Below, one piece after another: positions 9,658 to 19,742 of a DNA stretch of 64,000 nt (position 1 is its first letter; each line of letters opens with the position of its first letter). This stretch comes from Emiliania huxleyi CCMP1516 (lineage: Eukaryota): NCBI RefSeq assembly GCF_000372725.1, contig NW_005201269.1:124001-188000 (forward strand), given 5' to 3'. The translations under genes were made by a program, and so were the position numbers. The notes beneath the pieces are model-generated. The model did not search any database. It was not told the origin of the DNA and saw only the letters and a program-made list of their open reading frames with translations.

Positions 9658-12325
9658 CTATCGCACCCGCCTCCCGCCCCGAGGGTTGCGTGGGTCCGCC
9701 TCGAGCATCGCATTGAGCCTCTCCATCGCCGCCTCTGCGGCGCTGAGCGCCTCTTGTGATTGCGTGCGTGCGGGGCCTGCCGGCGGCGCGAATGAGCTGC
9801 GGGGCGAGTCTTGCAGCGCCGTGTTGAGCCTCTCCAGCGCGTGCAGCGTGCCGCGGGAAAACGGCGACAGAACCTCGTCCGCCACCGCGTCCTCCTCCTC
9901 CCCCTCCCCCTCCCCCTCCGAGATGGCACGCCGAGCCGGCACCTTCGATCCTAGCCCCGCCGCCTCCGCCGCCGCCTCCGCCTCCCCGATCCGGCCGTTT
10001 GCCAGCAGCGCGACCGCCGTCGCCCTCCGCACCTCCGCCTCGGTCGCCTCCGTCGTCCTCCGCGCAGACTCCGCCTGTGCGGCCGCCTGCTCCTCCTCGG
10101 CGCGCCGCGCCGCCTCCGTCTCGAGCCGCGCCGCCGCAACCGCCGCACTGACCGCCGCCGCCTGGCCGACCGCCGCCGCCCGCTCCTCCCTTGCGCGCCG
10201 CTGCGCCGCCTCCGCCTCTGTCTTGCGCGCCGTCTTGCGCGCCTCCTCCTCGTCCGCCTCCGCCGCCGCCCGCCGCGCCGCCGACGCGCGAGGCAGGATC
10301 CTGCGGGGAGAGTCGCGCGAGATACAGCCGAGGTGCAGCCGGTGTGCAGCCGAGGTGCAGCCGGTGTGCAGCCGAGGTGCAGCCGGTGTGCAGCCGGTGT
10401 GCTTATCTGTGCCGCAACACGCTCCTGCGGAGCCGCGCCTCCGACTCCTCCCTTGCCCTCGCCGCCGCGCGCTCCCTCGTTCGAATCGCCGCCTCCGCCG
10501 CCTCCGCCGCCTCCCGTGCCGCGGCCTCGTCCGACACAATGTACTCGAGGTGCCGCTCCGCCGCCGCACGCCGCGCCGCCTCCGCCGCCGCCCGCTCCGC
10601 CGCCCGTTCCTCCTCCGCCGCCGCCGCAGCAGCAGCAACTGCTGCCGCCGCCGCCGCCTTCGCCGCCTCCGCCTCTGCCACCGCCGCCGCCTCGGCCGCC
10701 TCCGCCGCCAGCCTCGCCTCGCTCGCTTCGGCCGCGCTGATCTCTGAGGCCGACGCGCTGGCGACGCTCTCGCTGCTGCGAATGCTCTCGCTGCTGCGCA
10801 AGCTTTCTAGCGGCGAAGCCTAATCACGGCCGTCTCTCTTCTGGCGGAGCAAATCTCGCCTCTCGTCTCGTCTCGTCTTGCTCTCCACCGGCGAGACGGG
10901 CGCGGGGGCCTCCTCGCCCAGCGACGCGCGCGCCGCCATCTCCACCCGCGCCGCCTGCTCCTCGGCGCGCTCCTGCAGGAAGGGTCCGAGAAGGGTCCGG
11001 ACAAGGGTCCCGCCAGGAAGGGAGGGGTGCCGCCTCCTCCTCGGCGCGCGCCTCCTGCTCGCCCCAGTCGACCGAGGAGCCCGCTGTCGAGTACCGACGC
11101 AGCGGCCCGCGCGGGGGCGTCTGCAGCGCGGCGGCTGCATCGGCAGCGGCGGCGGCAGCGGCGTCGGCGGCAACGGCGGCGGTGGCGGGGTCGTCGGCTG
11201 GAGCGGCGGCGGCTGCGGCGTCAGCGGCTGCGGCGTCGACGGCGGCAACGGCGTCAGCAGCGGCGGCGGCAGTGGTCGAGACGTCCACGGCGGACGCTGC
11301 CGCCGCCGGTCGAATCTGCGCCGCTGCCTCGGCTCGCTTCCTCGTGAGGAGGGAGGTGTGCGCCTGGGACAGAGGCCGGCCGACGGCCTCCGCCTACGGG
11401 ACGGTTCCGGTAAAGCTCCGGGATAGGGGACCAGGGAGCAGAGGCCGCCGACGGCCTCTGCCTCGGCGGGCGTGTTGGTGGGGCGCGGGCGGTGGGCGGT
11501 GGGCGGTGGCGATGCAAGCGGAGCGGCTGCCAGAGCAGCGGCCGTGTGGCGGGTGTGGCATGTCTGCGGGGCAAGCTGGATCTCGTCTCGGGGGTGTCTC
11601 GGAAGCGTCGCCTCGGCGGCGATGCGATGTGTCTCGGAGGTGTCTTGGAAGTCTCGGACGTGTCTCGGAAGCGTCGCCTCGGCGGCGATGCGATCGTACT
11701 CGTCAAGCGCCGCGGCGGCGTGTGCGGGGCCGCCCTCCTTGAGCTCCATGTTGGCCGCAGACAGGCGCAGCTCGAGCCGGCCCGAGAGGGCGTACGCCGC
11801 GGAGTAGAGCAGCTTCGCGACCGCGGCGTCGCCGGCCTGGTTCCTCGCGTTGCCTGCCGCCTTCAGCGCGTCGGCGGTGGCGGGCGCCGCGGCCGGCTCC
11901 GACTCCCGCCAGCGGGCCTCGATCCGTCGCTGCGCCACTGTCGTCGTCCTCGCCGCGATGCCGCCGCCGCCCTCACCGCCCAGCGTGGCCCAGAACGATG
12001 CTCGTGAGCTCTGTCCCCGCTCCGCCTCAGCCAGCGCCGAGAGCGCCTCCTCGCGTTTGCGCTCGGTGAGCTGCCTGATCCGGTCGGGCATCGCTGAGCC
12101 GCCGTCGTCGCAGAGCATGCTCTCGTACGCGGCGCAGGCCGCTGCCGCGTCGCCGAGCTTGAGCCGCATGTTTGCGGCCGAGACGCGGCTCGTCCAGTCG
12201 TTGGAGAGAGCGTGCGCCGCCTCAAAGAGAGCGGCCGCGCTCGCCACGGCACCCGCCTCGTTGGCGCGCTTGGCCAGAGCGCTCACCTGGTCCGCTAGCA
12301 CTTTGTGGTTGTCGGTGATGGGCAT
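9658..12325 (-). CDS. Multi-exon Ala/Glu-rich protein with N-terminal TPR-like repeats
   Basis: Two similar helical repeats (LAKRANEAG..SAANMRLKLG; LKAAGNARNQAG..SAANMELKEG), a coiled-coil C-terminus and minisatellite-filled introns. Confidence 0.6.
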
Positions 12326-12456
12326 GGGTGAGCTTGTGGAGTAAGCGCGAGCCAGCGCTCAGGCGAGGAGACCGAAAGAGAGCACGGCGGCGCGCCGAGC
12401 CATTGTACTTGGCGGCGAAAAAAAAGGTGAGAAAATTCTTCCTGTTCTCATTATCC

Positions 12457-12648
12457 GTGTCCCTTGTCAGGAGCAGGGAGCCCACCTGTCCCTGATCGTC
12501 CTTCCAAAATCCTGGTTCCTGCTCGGAGAGAGAGATTTTTAGAAGCCAACAAGAAATGTGTTCCTGCTCGTGCAGGTGTGGACCCTGTGCCTGTCCTCCT
12601 CCCTATCCCTCGTTTGGGTTCTCTGTTTTCTTTCTTTCTTTCTTTTCC
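12457..12648 (+). mobile_element. Short retroposon fragment, family 'Y', with (TTTC)n tail
   Basis: TGTCCCTGATCGTCCTTCCAAAATCCTG...CCCTCGTTTGG plus T-rich tail. Also at 32543-32678(-), 33965-34063(-) and 42697-42822(+). Confidence 0.6.
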
Positions 12649-14061
12649 TTGTCCCTTAGATTTGGAGCGATCGCCGAAGAGGAGTACGACAGAATAGCGC
12701 CCGTGATTGCCTGCACGCTGCCCGCACTCACGGACTCCATACCCGAAAGAAAGAGTGGGGAGCTCGCAGGTGGCAGGAGAGGTGACAACCAGGCATTGGC
12801 GGCGAAAAAAGAAAGGCGGTTCACCGTCCTTTTTCTCTCGCAGCGGCCGCTCGTGCCGCCGCAGCTGCCTCTGCAAACATATGGAAGTTGCCGTTCCCGT
12901 TCTCGCCGGCACCTCGCGTGCCCGCTGCATCCGCGATTGCCTCCTTTGCACTCCTCCACTCTGCACCCCAGAGAGAGAGAGAATAGAGTTGTTTGGGATC
13001 TGCATCTCGCGCCACGGCCCACGGCAGCCTCCGCTTGTGGGTTCTACACCTATACCCGCCTTTTTACTTTTAGGGCTCGAAAGAGAGAGGAACTGCTCGT
13101 TCTCAGGGAGGGGCGTAGTCCCGTTCACACTCTCACTTAGGTATAAGCGCCCGAAACTTGAACGGGGGCGCTTGACGAACCCGAGGGGGGGACGGGGGCA
13201 GCAACGGCTGCGGCCCCGAGAGTCGAAACTCATAGTTCGAACTGGCGACTCATAATGAAACTTGCCGAAACCGCCTTGTGGGGGCGGCAGCGGCGACGCC
13301 CCGGGGGCGGCAGCGGCGACCGCCCCGGGGAATTATGTTTAGCGGCTCCCAACCCCAGGGAAGTTCTGATAGACATGTCCAGGACTCTTGTCGAAATAGC
13401 GTGTAGAGTCGAAGCCACAAGAGGGCTGGCTCCGTCCGCAAATTACCCAGAGAGGGTGTGTCGCGTTTTTCCTTGATGCTTGAACAGTCGATGGGACACT
13501 GTGAAACGATCGCCGCAAGGGGCGTGAACGCACAAGTGCGTAATGACCGCAAGTGGTCGTCAACACCCCAAGGGGTGTGAAAGTGCATACTCCATTTATG
13601 CACAGATACCATACCATCAAAGTACCCGAATCCAAACTCCACGTGCCCAAGCGCACACCGGCCGGAGCGCCAACGGGGGGTGCCGCCCTCCCTCCCGTTC
13701 ATGAGCCCAACAACACGAACGCTATCCATCCTCACCGGCCCCCATCCCCGTGATCGGCCTCGCTCGCCGCGCCAAGCCGCGGCCCGGTCCGCCCGGCGGC
13801 CAAGGGCGGGGAGGGGGCCACCCGCGCTCGCGCAGAGGAAGAGGATAAAAACGAGAACACGATGTGTCACAAGAAACAGCTCCACAAGGGGGAACTTGTG
13901 GAGCAAACCCTCGAAAAGAATTTTACAAGGCGGTCGCACGACACGAAAAGAAATCTGTCCGCGCAAGTGTCATCTACTCATCTTGCTCTCCGATACGCCC
14001 CAAGCGTAGCGACGGGAAGCCCACAGAAACAAAGCCTCCAGCTAATAGACGCCAAGAAGCC

Positions 14062-14886
14062 ATGACCGAGTCGAGCACCGCGCTGCGAACGGCGAGCGAG
14101 ATGCGCGGCCTCGACACGAGCAAGGTTGTCATTGACGACGACCAGGCTCCGCCGAAAATCGAGGCTGGCTCGGCAGACGAGCAGGCGGCGCTGGCCGCGA
14201 TGGAGGACCTTCTCGCAGACGGCTCGCCGTCCAAGGCTGCGAGCGCAGACCTGAAGCTCATGTGTCTGCGAGGCCGCAAGTACGACGCCGCTCGGGCCGC
14301 CGCCCTCCTGCCCGAGCTGCTCGCGCTGATTGAGGAGCTCGACCTCGCGACGCCGACCCCGCGGCTCGCCGCCGACCTGGCGAGCGGCAAGTTTGTGATG
14401 ACGGGCGCCACGGACGGCGCCGGGCGCAAGATCCTGTGGCTCCGCTTCCGCTTCCACGACCCCAAGGTGAGCTCACCCAAAGATTTCGCGCGGGCGGCCG
14501 CGACGGTGATGTTGCACGCACTGCGCGACGCGGACACGGCGCGGTGCGGGGTCGCGGTGCTGCAGGACATGACGGGCCTCCGGATGAAGAACATCAGCCC
14601 GCCCACCGCCAAGCTGATGTTCGGCCAGGTCTTCCCGCGGCTGCCGGTGCGGCTGGGCAAGCTGTGTGTGTACAACCCGCCCTGGTTCGTCGGCCGCATC
14701 CTGCTGCCCATCGTGCGGATGCTGCTCAGCGCCAAGCTGAGGGCGCGGCTGGTCGTCCTCAACGGCGCCGACAGGGAGCCGCTGTACCGGCAGTTTGAGC
14801 CGGCGAGCCTGACCGAGGAGCTCGGCGGGTCCTACCCCTTTGACCTCGCGTGCTGGGCCGCGAGCGTCGAGCCGGCGCTCTCCTAG
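14062..14886 (+). CDS. CRAL-TRIO (Sec14-like) lipid-binding protein
   Basis: LMCLRGRKYDAARA, DGAGRKI, GVAVLQDMTGL, PVRLGKLCVYNPPWF and LTEELGG motifs. Confidence 0.9.
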   Translation: MTESSTALRTASEMRGLDTSKVVIDDDQAPPKIEAGSADEQAALAAMEDLLADGSPSKAASADLKLMCLRGRKYDAARAAALLPELLALIEELDLATPTPRLAADLASGKFVMTGATDGAGRKILWLRFRFHDPKVSSPKDFARAAATVMLHALRDADTARCGVAVLQDMTGLRMKNISPPTAKLMFGQVFPRLPVRLGKLCVYNPPWFVGRILLPIVRMLLSAKLRARLVVLNGADREPLYRQFEPASLTEELGGSYPFDLACWAASVEPALS

Positions 14887-14994
14887 AGAGAGGGGGAGGG
14901 GAGGAGCATCTCCACCTCGCCCTTGGCCCTGCGCGGTTCGTAGTCTGTTTGTTCGCGCCGCCTGAAAATGCTGCGACGCGGCCCTGTACATGTA

Positions 14995-15515
14995 CGTCTC
15001 TCGATGCGGCACGTGTGTCCCGCCGTAGGCCGTCACCTTCCGTACAATGCCCAGAGGGAGTCTCTCTGTCTCACGGGGGTGTTTCGTCCCTGTCTCACTT
15101 GCATGTTTGCTGCATGATTTTTTCCGTCTCTCTGCGTCGTTCCAAGCGTCTCTCTGAGCTGTCACAGTAGTGTCGCACCAGGTGCGTCTCAGTCTCTCAG
15201 ATGCGTCTCACCGTTCGTCTCTTTCGGTTACGGGTTAGAGTGTATCACTCAGTCTCACGGCTGGGCTGAGACGTCACAATTCCTGAGCGAAGTGAGTCGT
15301 CTCACTTCCGTCTGAGACAGTGCTGAGCCACAATGAGACGTGGCGCAGGGGGCGGGGGGTGCACAAGCCGCTGCTAGATTGAGATTTTTGAGTCGTCTCA
15401 GGTCCGTTAGAGACCATGCTGAGCCAACCTGAGACGTAATTGTGAGACAGTGGCGATTGGGGAGACTCAACTCAGCTGTGTCTGAGGTGCGGCCTGGCGG
15501 GTCTCGGTGAGTGTA
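14995..15515. repeat. Dense bidirectional GTCTC/GAGAC motif cluster
   Basis: About 20 GTCTC or GAGAC motifs in ~520 bp. GTCTC dominates on the left and GAGAC on the right. Confidence 0.6.
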
Positions 15516-16911
15516 GACGAACCCCAAGCATAAAAATCGCGCTCTCTGGCTTAAACGCTGTCTGCTATAGCCGCAGCCACTCCCAGCTGCTCGGTGTGAA
15601 CAGAGTTCGTACACCGAGCAGCTGGCTCGAGATCCCTCGAGAGTTCACGCGGAGTCGGCTGGGGCTATACCAGACAGGCTTAAACGGTTGCTCTATCGCG
15701 CGCAGAGGGAAGGCGTCCTGGGGGATGCAAAGCCGGTGGTGAGCGGTGGTGACTACGGTGGCCGCGGCGTGGGTGACGGTGGTGGCGCGTGGGTGGCGAT
15801 GCGAGAGTCGCCGGGCCGCCATCCTCGCCGCTGCCACACTAGCCGTCGCCACCCCCGCGCCGCCGCCCTCGCCGCCGCCGTCACCACCGCCTTGCTTGCC
15901 CCCGTCGCCCTCGCCGACTACCTGTTGCTGTCAATAAAATTCCACGTCGGTGCAGAAAATCTTATATACTTATTCGGCGCCGGGGCGCGCTCTGCGCTGC
16001 GCGGCGTGCTCTGCGACTTGCTGGCCGCCAGGACCTCCGCACGGACTTGTGGGAACCGCCCGAGGCGAGCTCCAAGCCGCCGCGCACTGCACATGGCAGC
16101 ATTTCTGCATGGCAGTCCCAGCACCTTCTGCGGCGCCGTGCCACCCATTCCACAGTGGCTGATGCTTGGCGAGCACGGCTGGGAGCGGTGTACGATTCAG
16201 GACCCCTCAGAACGGGGTCTACGAAGAGGGGGGGCTTTGGTTGGTCACGATCGGGACAGATGGCAGCATGCAAGCTGACACCCTCGATTCCTGTTTTGAT
16301 AGTTGAACCCCTCTTCAATGGACTCAGGGAAACTCGCGAGTTTCCAGAATGGAGCACCAAACACCCTCTGTTTTCCCTGGAAATTTCCGGAAACGCAAAG
16401 TGCTGGGGACCCTCTGTTTTCCTTTTTGTTTGCCGGAAAAGTATGTAACAGGCGGGGGTGAAGGCTGGTGCGACGCGCCCGACGTGAGCTGCATCGCGGG
16501 CGCCGCGCTGGATGGCGTAACGGCTTACCTGTGGTTTGGTGACGGTCAGCGCGCGCTGTCGTGGTCACCGAGTCGTGGTCACCGAGCTCGTCGGGAGCTG
16601 CCTCGAGCTTCCTGCACGAATTTCTTTCGGCGAGGTGACTTGGACCACCAAGAGCTGGCTGGGGCTGCAGAAGCAGCGCATCTCAGTCGTTCTTCACACG
16701 GCAATCGCAGAGCAGGTCGTGAATGAGCTTGCCTGTGGCGGGGGTGGGCGGGTGCACGGACCTAAGTGCCTCGCCACCCTCGCAGGAGTCGCTTAGGCGG
16801 CTCCCGTGGTGTACCTGTGTTAGTGCCAGTGCGCGCCAGTCCCGTGCCCAGTGTTGTGCGAGGGAGTCCGTGGGAAAATTCTTTTGGCGTGACGATGCTG
16901 TCGGGACTCGG

Positions 16912-18252
16912 ATGACCGATGCTGACGACGGGCCGGGAGCTGGAGCATCGTCTTCCAGGTCTGAGATACCGGCAGAGCCGGAGGCCGAGCTGGAGGCCGA
17001 GCCGGAGGACCTCACCGCCGCCGTGCTGCTCAATGACCGTCGTCTGCGCGAGGCGCTGGAGAGCCTTCCTCGAGACATGAGCGCTCGAGATAAGCACGCC
17101 GTGCTCAGCAAACAACCAGAATGGGAACAGCTCAGCCTGAGCGCGACGAGAAGGGCCTGCTCCAAGATCGCCAAGCAGGCTGGCAAATCGCCTGTCGAAG
17201 AACTTACTCCCGTGAGCCCGGCTCTGCCGCGTGCGCACCCGTTGCCCGGATCCAAACAGACAGCTGCTGAGGCGGCTGCAACCAAGCAAGCACGTCTGTT
17301 AATCCAGGCAGCCTTTCAGGGCAACGCGTATACGGCTACGAGGATGATCAACCGTCGGGTCGATGTCAATTGCCTTTGCGATTGGGCGAATGGCACGAGC
17401 CTTGGCGGCGGCAAGATTCCTGACTCCGAGGACGTTGAGTTGACGTGGAGAGAGCTCTCAAAATTTACCTATACGCCGCTCATGGCCGCCGCAACAGCAG
17501 GCCATACTGACTTGGTCAAACTCTTGCTGGCACGCAAGGCTGATCCCGATCTGACCGACCCGGCGACAAACACCTTTCAGCAACCTGGCACCGCGCTTCT
17601 AGGGGCATGCGCGCGCGGTAATGAAGAATGTGTCAGATTATTGCTGCATGCGGGCGCCTCGCCAGAACTGCCGCGCTCTAACACTGGCACGACGCCCCTC
17701 ATGGAGGTCATCAGTGGAGCAATGGTCCAGAAACATAAAGGAGCTTCATATCTCGTATGCGTGGACATGCTAATAGCAGCGGGCGTCGACATCAACCGGC
17801 GCGATAATCATGGTCAGACTGCCGTGCACCGAGCTAGCGGCGGTGGGGTCAACGTCGCTGGGCACCCAGAGATCTTAGCAAGGCTGATCGCAGCTGGCGG
17901 CAACGCGCACGCCAGAGATTTTGATGGCCAAAGCCCTGCTCGAACTGCCAAAGCTAGAGCAAAAGCCGCAGTGAAAAACCCCACACCTGCCGTTGGCGAG
18001 CCTGTTGACGAGGCTGCCTCTAAGCTTCTCGATTGTATAGGCTTGCTGCGTGCTGTACCAAACGCGTGTGCGTTTTGTGGCGCCTCCGACAATCTTAAGC
18101 TTTGCGCAGCTTGCAACCAAGCACGGTACTGCTGTGTCGAGCATCAGGCTGCCCACTGGCCAGCACACAAGCAAGAGTGCAAGAGTGCCCGTGCCGCTCT
18201 CCGAAAGTACAAGAAGGACGGCCTCGGTCCCTTGCGCGCAGATGCCTCGTGA
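16912..18252 (+). CDS. Ankyrin-repeat protein with C-terminal MYND zinc finger
   Basis: TPLMAAA..GH..LV.LLL, TALLGAC, TPLM and GQTAVH ankyrin starts, then CAFC..CAAC..YCC..HQAAHWPAHKQEC. Confidence 0.9.
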   Translation: MTDADDGPGAGASSSRSEIPAEPEAELEAEPEDLTAAVLLNDRRLREALESLPRDMSARDKHAVLSKQPEWEQLSLSATRRACSKIAKQAGKSPVEELTPVSPALPRAHPLPGSKQTAAEAAATKQARLLIQAAFQGNAYTATRMINRRVDVNCLCDWANGTSLGGGKIPDSEDVELTWRELSKFTYTPLMAAATAGHTDLVKLLLARKADPDLTDPATNTFQQPGTALLGACARGNEECVRLLLHAGASPELPRSNTGTTPLMEVISGAMVQKHKGASYLVCVDMLIAAGVDINRRDNHGQTAVHRASGGGVNVAGHPEILARLIAAGGNAHARDFDGQSPARTAKARAKAAVKNPTPAVGEPVDEAASKLLDCIGLLRAVPNACAFCGASDNLKLCAACNQARYCCVEHQAAHWPAHKQECKSARAALRKYKKDGLGPLRADAS

Positions 18253-19742
18253 CGTGCTAGGTGTGCACGAGCGTCATCTATCCGCCGGTCCATTCACAAA
18301 AAAAGACTGGCTCCTGGTAAAGCTGTACACGCCTTTGAAAGCAGTCGTGTGAAATTGTGTGCATGTGAGCGTACTCGTACCGCGTACACAGAAGACAGAA
18401 ATGCGATGTGCCGCAAGAGGAGATCAAGCGGCCAGAGGCGAAAAGGAAGAACCGGCAAAGGCACGACAACGCCGCCGCAGGCCAGCAAGTGCAGCTCCAG
18501 ATGCAGGCGCCACAGCCAGCCGTCATGATCGATCCATCGCTGCTTGCTACTAGCATGGCAGTCGTGAACGACCTTGAAAACGTCACGCTCCGTCGGCGAG
18601 ACAACCAAGTAGTCGGTCGGAAAGTTTTTGCTCCCGGGACGACGACTGGCTGGCCTGCGCAGCTTCGACAAGTTCTTTAAGGTCACGTCGTGAGGCGAGG
18701 GCGGCGACGGCGGCGGTGGTGAAAATGGCGGCGCGCACATGGCGCGCCAGGGTGAAAGATGTGCACATGCCATGGAGAATGTGATTCGCTAGCCCCCGCA
18801 GCTGTTTATGCGCGGGCACTAGCAAGCAGGACCCACATGCTTGCCTTGCCTCTTTTTCAGTGTATGTAGCTCTTACGAACATACCCGTAGGTGAACTGCT
18901 GACAGGGTTTGCGATGAGGAGCGATCCGAACGTGGTATTCGGGTGATTAGATCACTACCGCCGAAGCGCAAGCGCTTGGAGCAAGGGAACCGCCACGTAT
19001 GGGTCCCAGACTAGCACCCCACCTCGCGGGCCGACGTTCTGGCCCAGCGAGGCTGCTGCGGAGCACTCGGGGCCGATGTTCTGGCCCAGCGAGGCCGCTG
19101 CGGGGCACCCGGCGGCTCGGTTCGCTCATCAGCGCAAACTCGGTCGAGCAGAAAGTAAGGTGTGTGTGTGAAGGCGGTGCGGCACGGTAAGGGTCGACGG
19201 TAAGGCAGCGCGGCGGAAGCAGACGGCAGGCAGGACATCTCGGACGGCGGGGGCGGGCGGAGGACAAACGGCACGGCGGGCGCGGTAGTGCAGGAGAGCA
19301 TTGGTGTCGCGCGCGCGAGGGTCGGCGCAGCGAGCCACATCGGCGGCCGAGGCGGCGCGCCGACTCGTGACACGTGGCAGCCCTTGTCGGTTTGCAGCAG
19401 GTGAGGCGTGGCTGCCGACAGCTCGGCTGCGGGGAGGCTCGGTCGATATCGACTGCATGCAAGAGCTAGACACGTGGCGTCCTCGACCCTCGGGATTTGG
19501 GACACGTGCTAGGTAGGGTAGGGTGTCAATGCCGGCAAAATGTAGGTGGGTATGGTCGGGCAGCTCGAAGTTACCTAATACGGAAGTGCTGCCGTGGCAA
19601 GCGTCTCTGGCGCGCAGGCAGGAGGGTATGCGTCAGGCGGTAGCTCGGTCACCATACCCTCCCAGCGCTTGTCCCAAACCCGGCGCACGAGAGTCCCGCG
19701 CTCACTGACGGCGGAGCGCCGCCGCCTTGATCGCGCGCGCGA

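Noticed and set aside
12660..13900. Overlapping ORFs in an intergenic stretch (likewise 15600-16800 and 53500-55000)
   Set aside because: No consistent coding bias or motifs that I can support.
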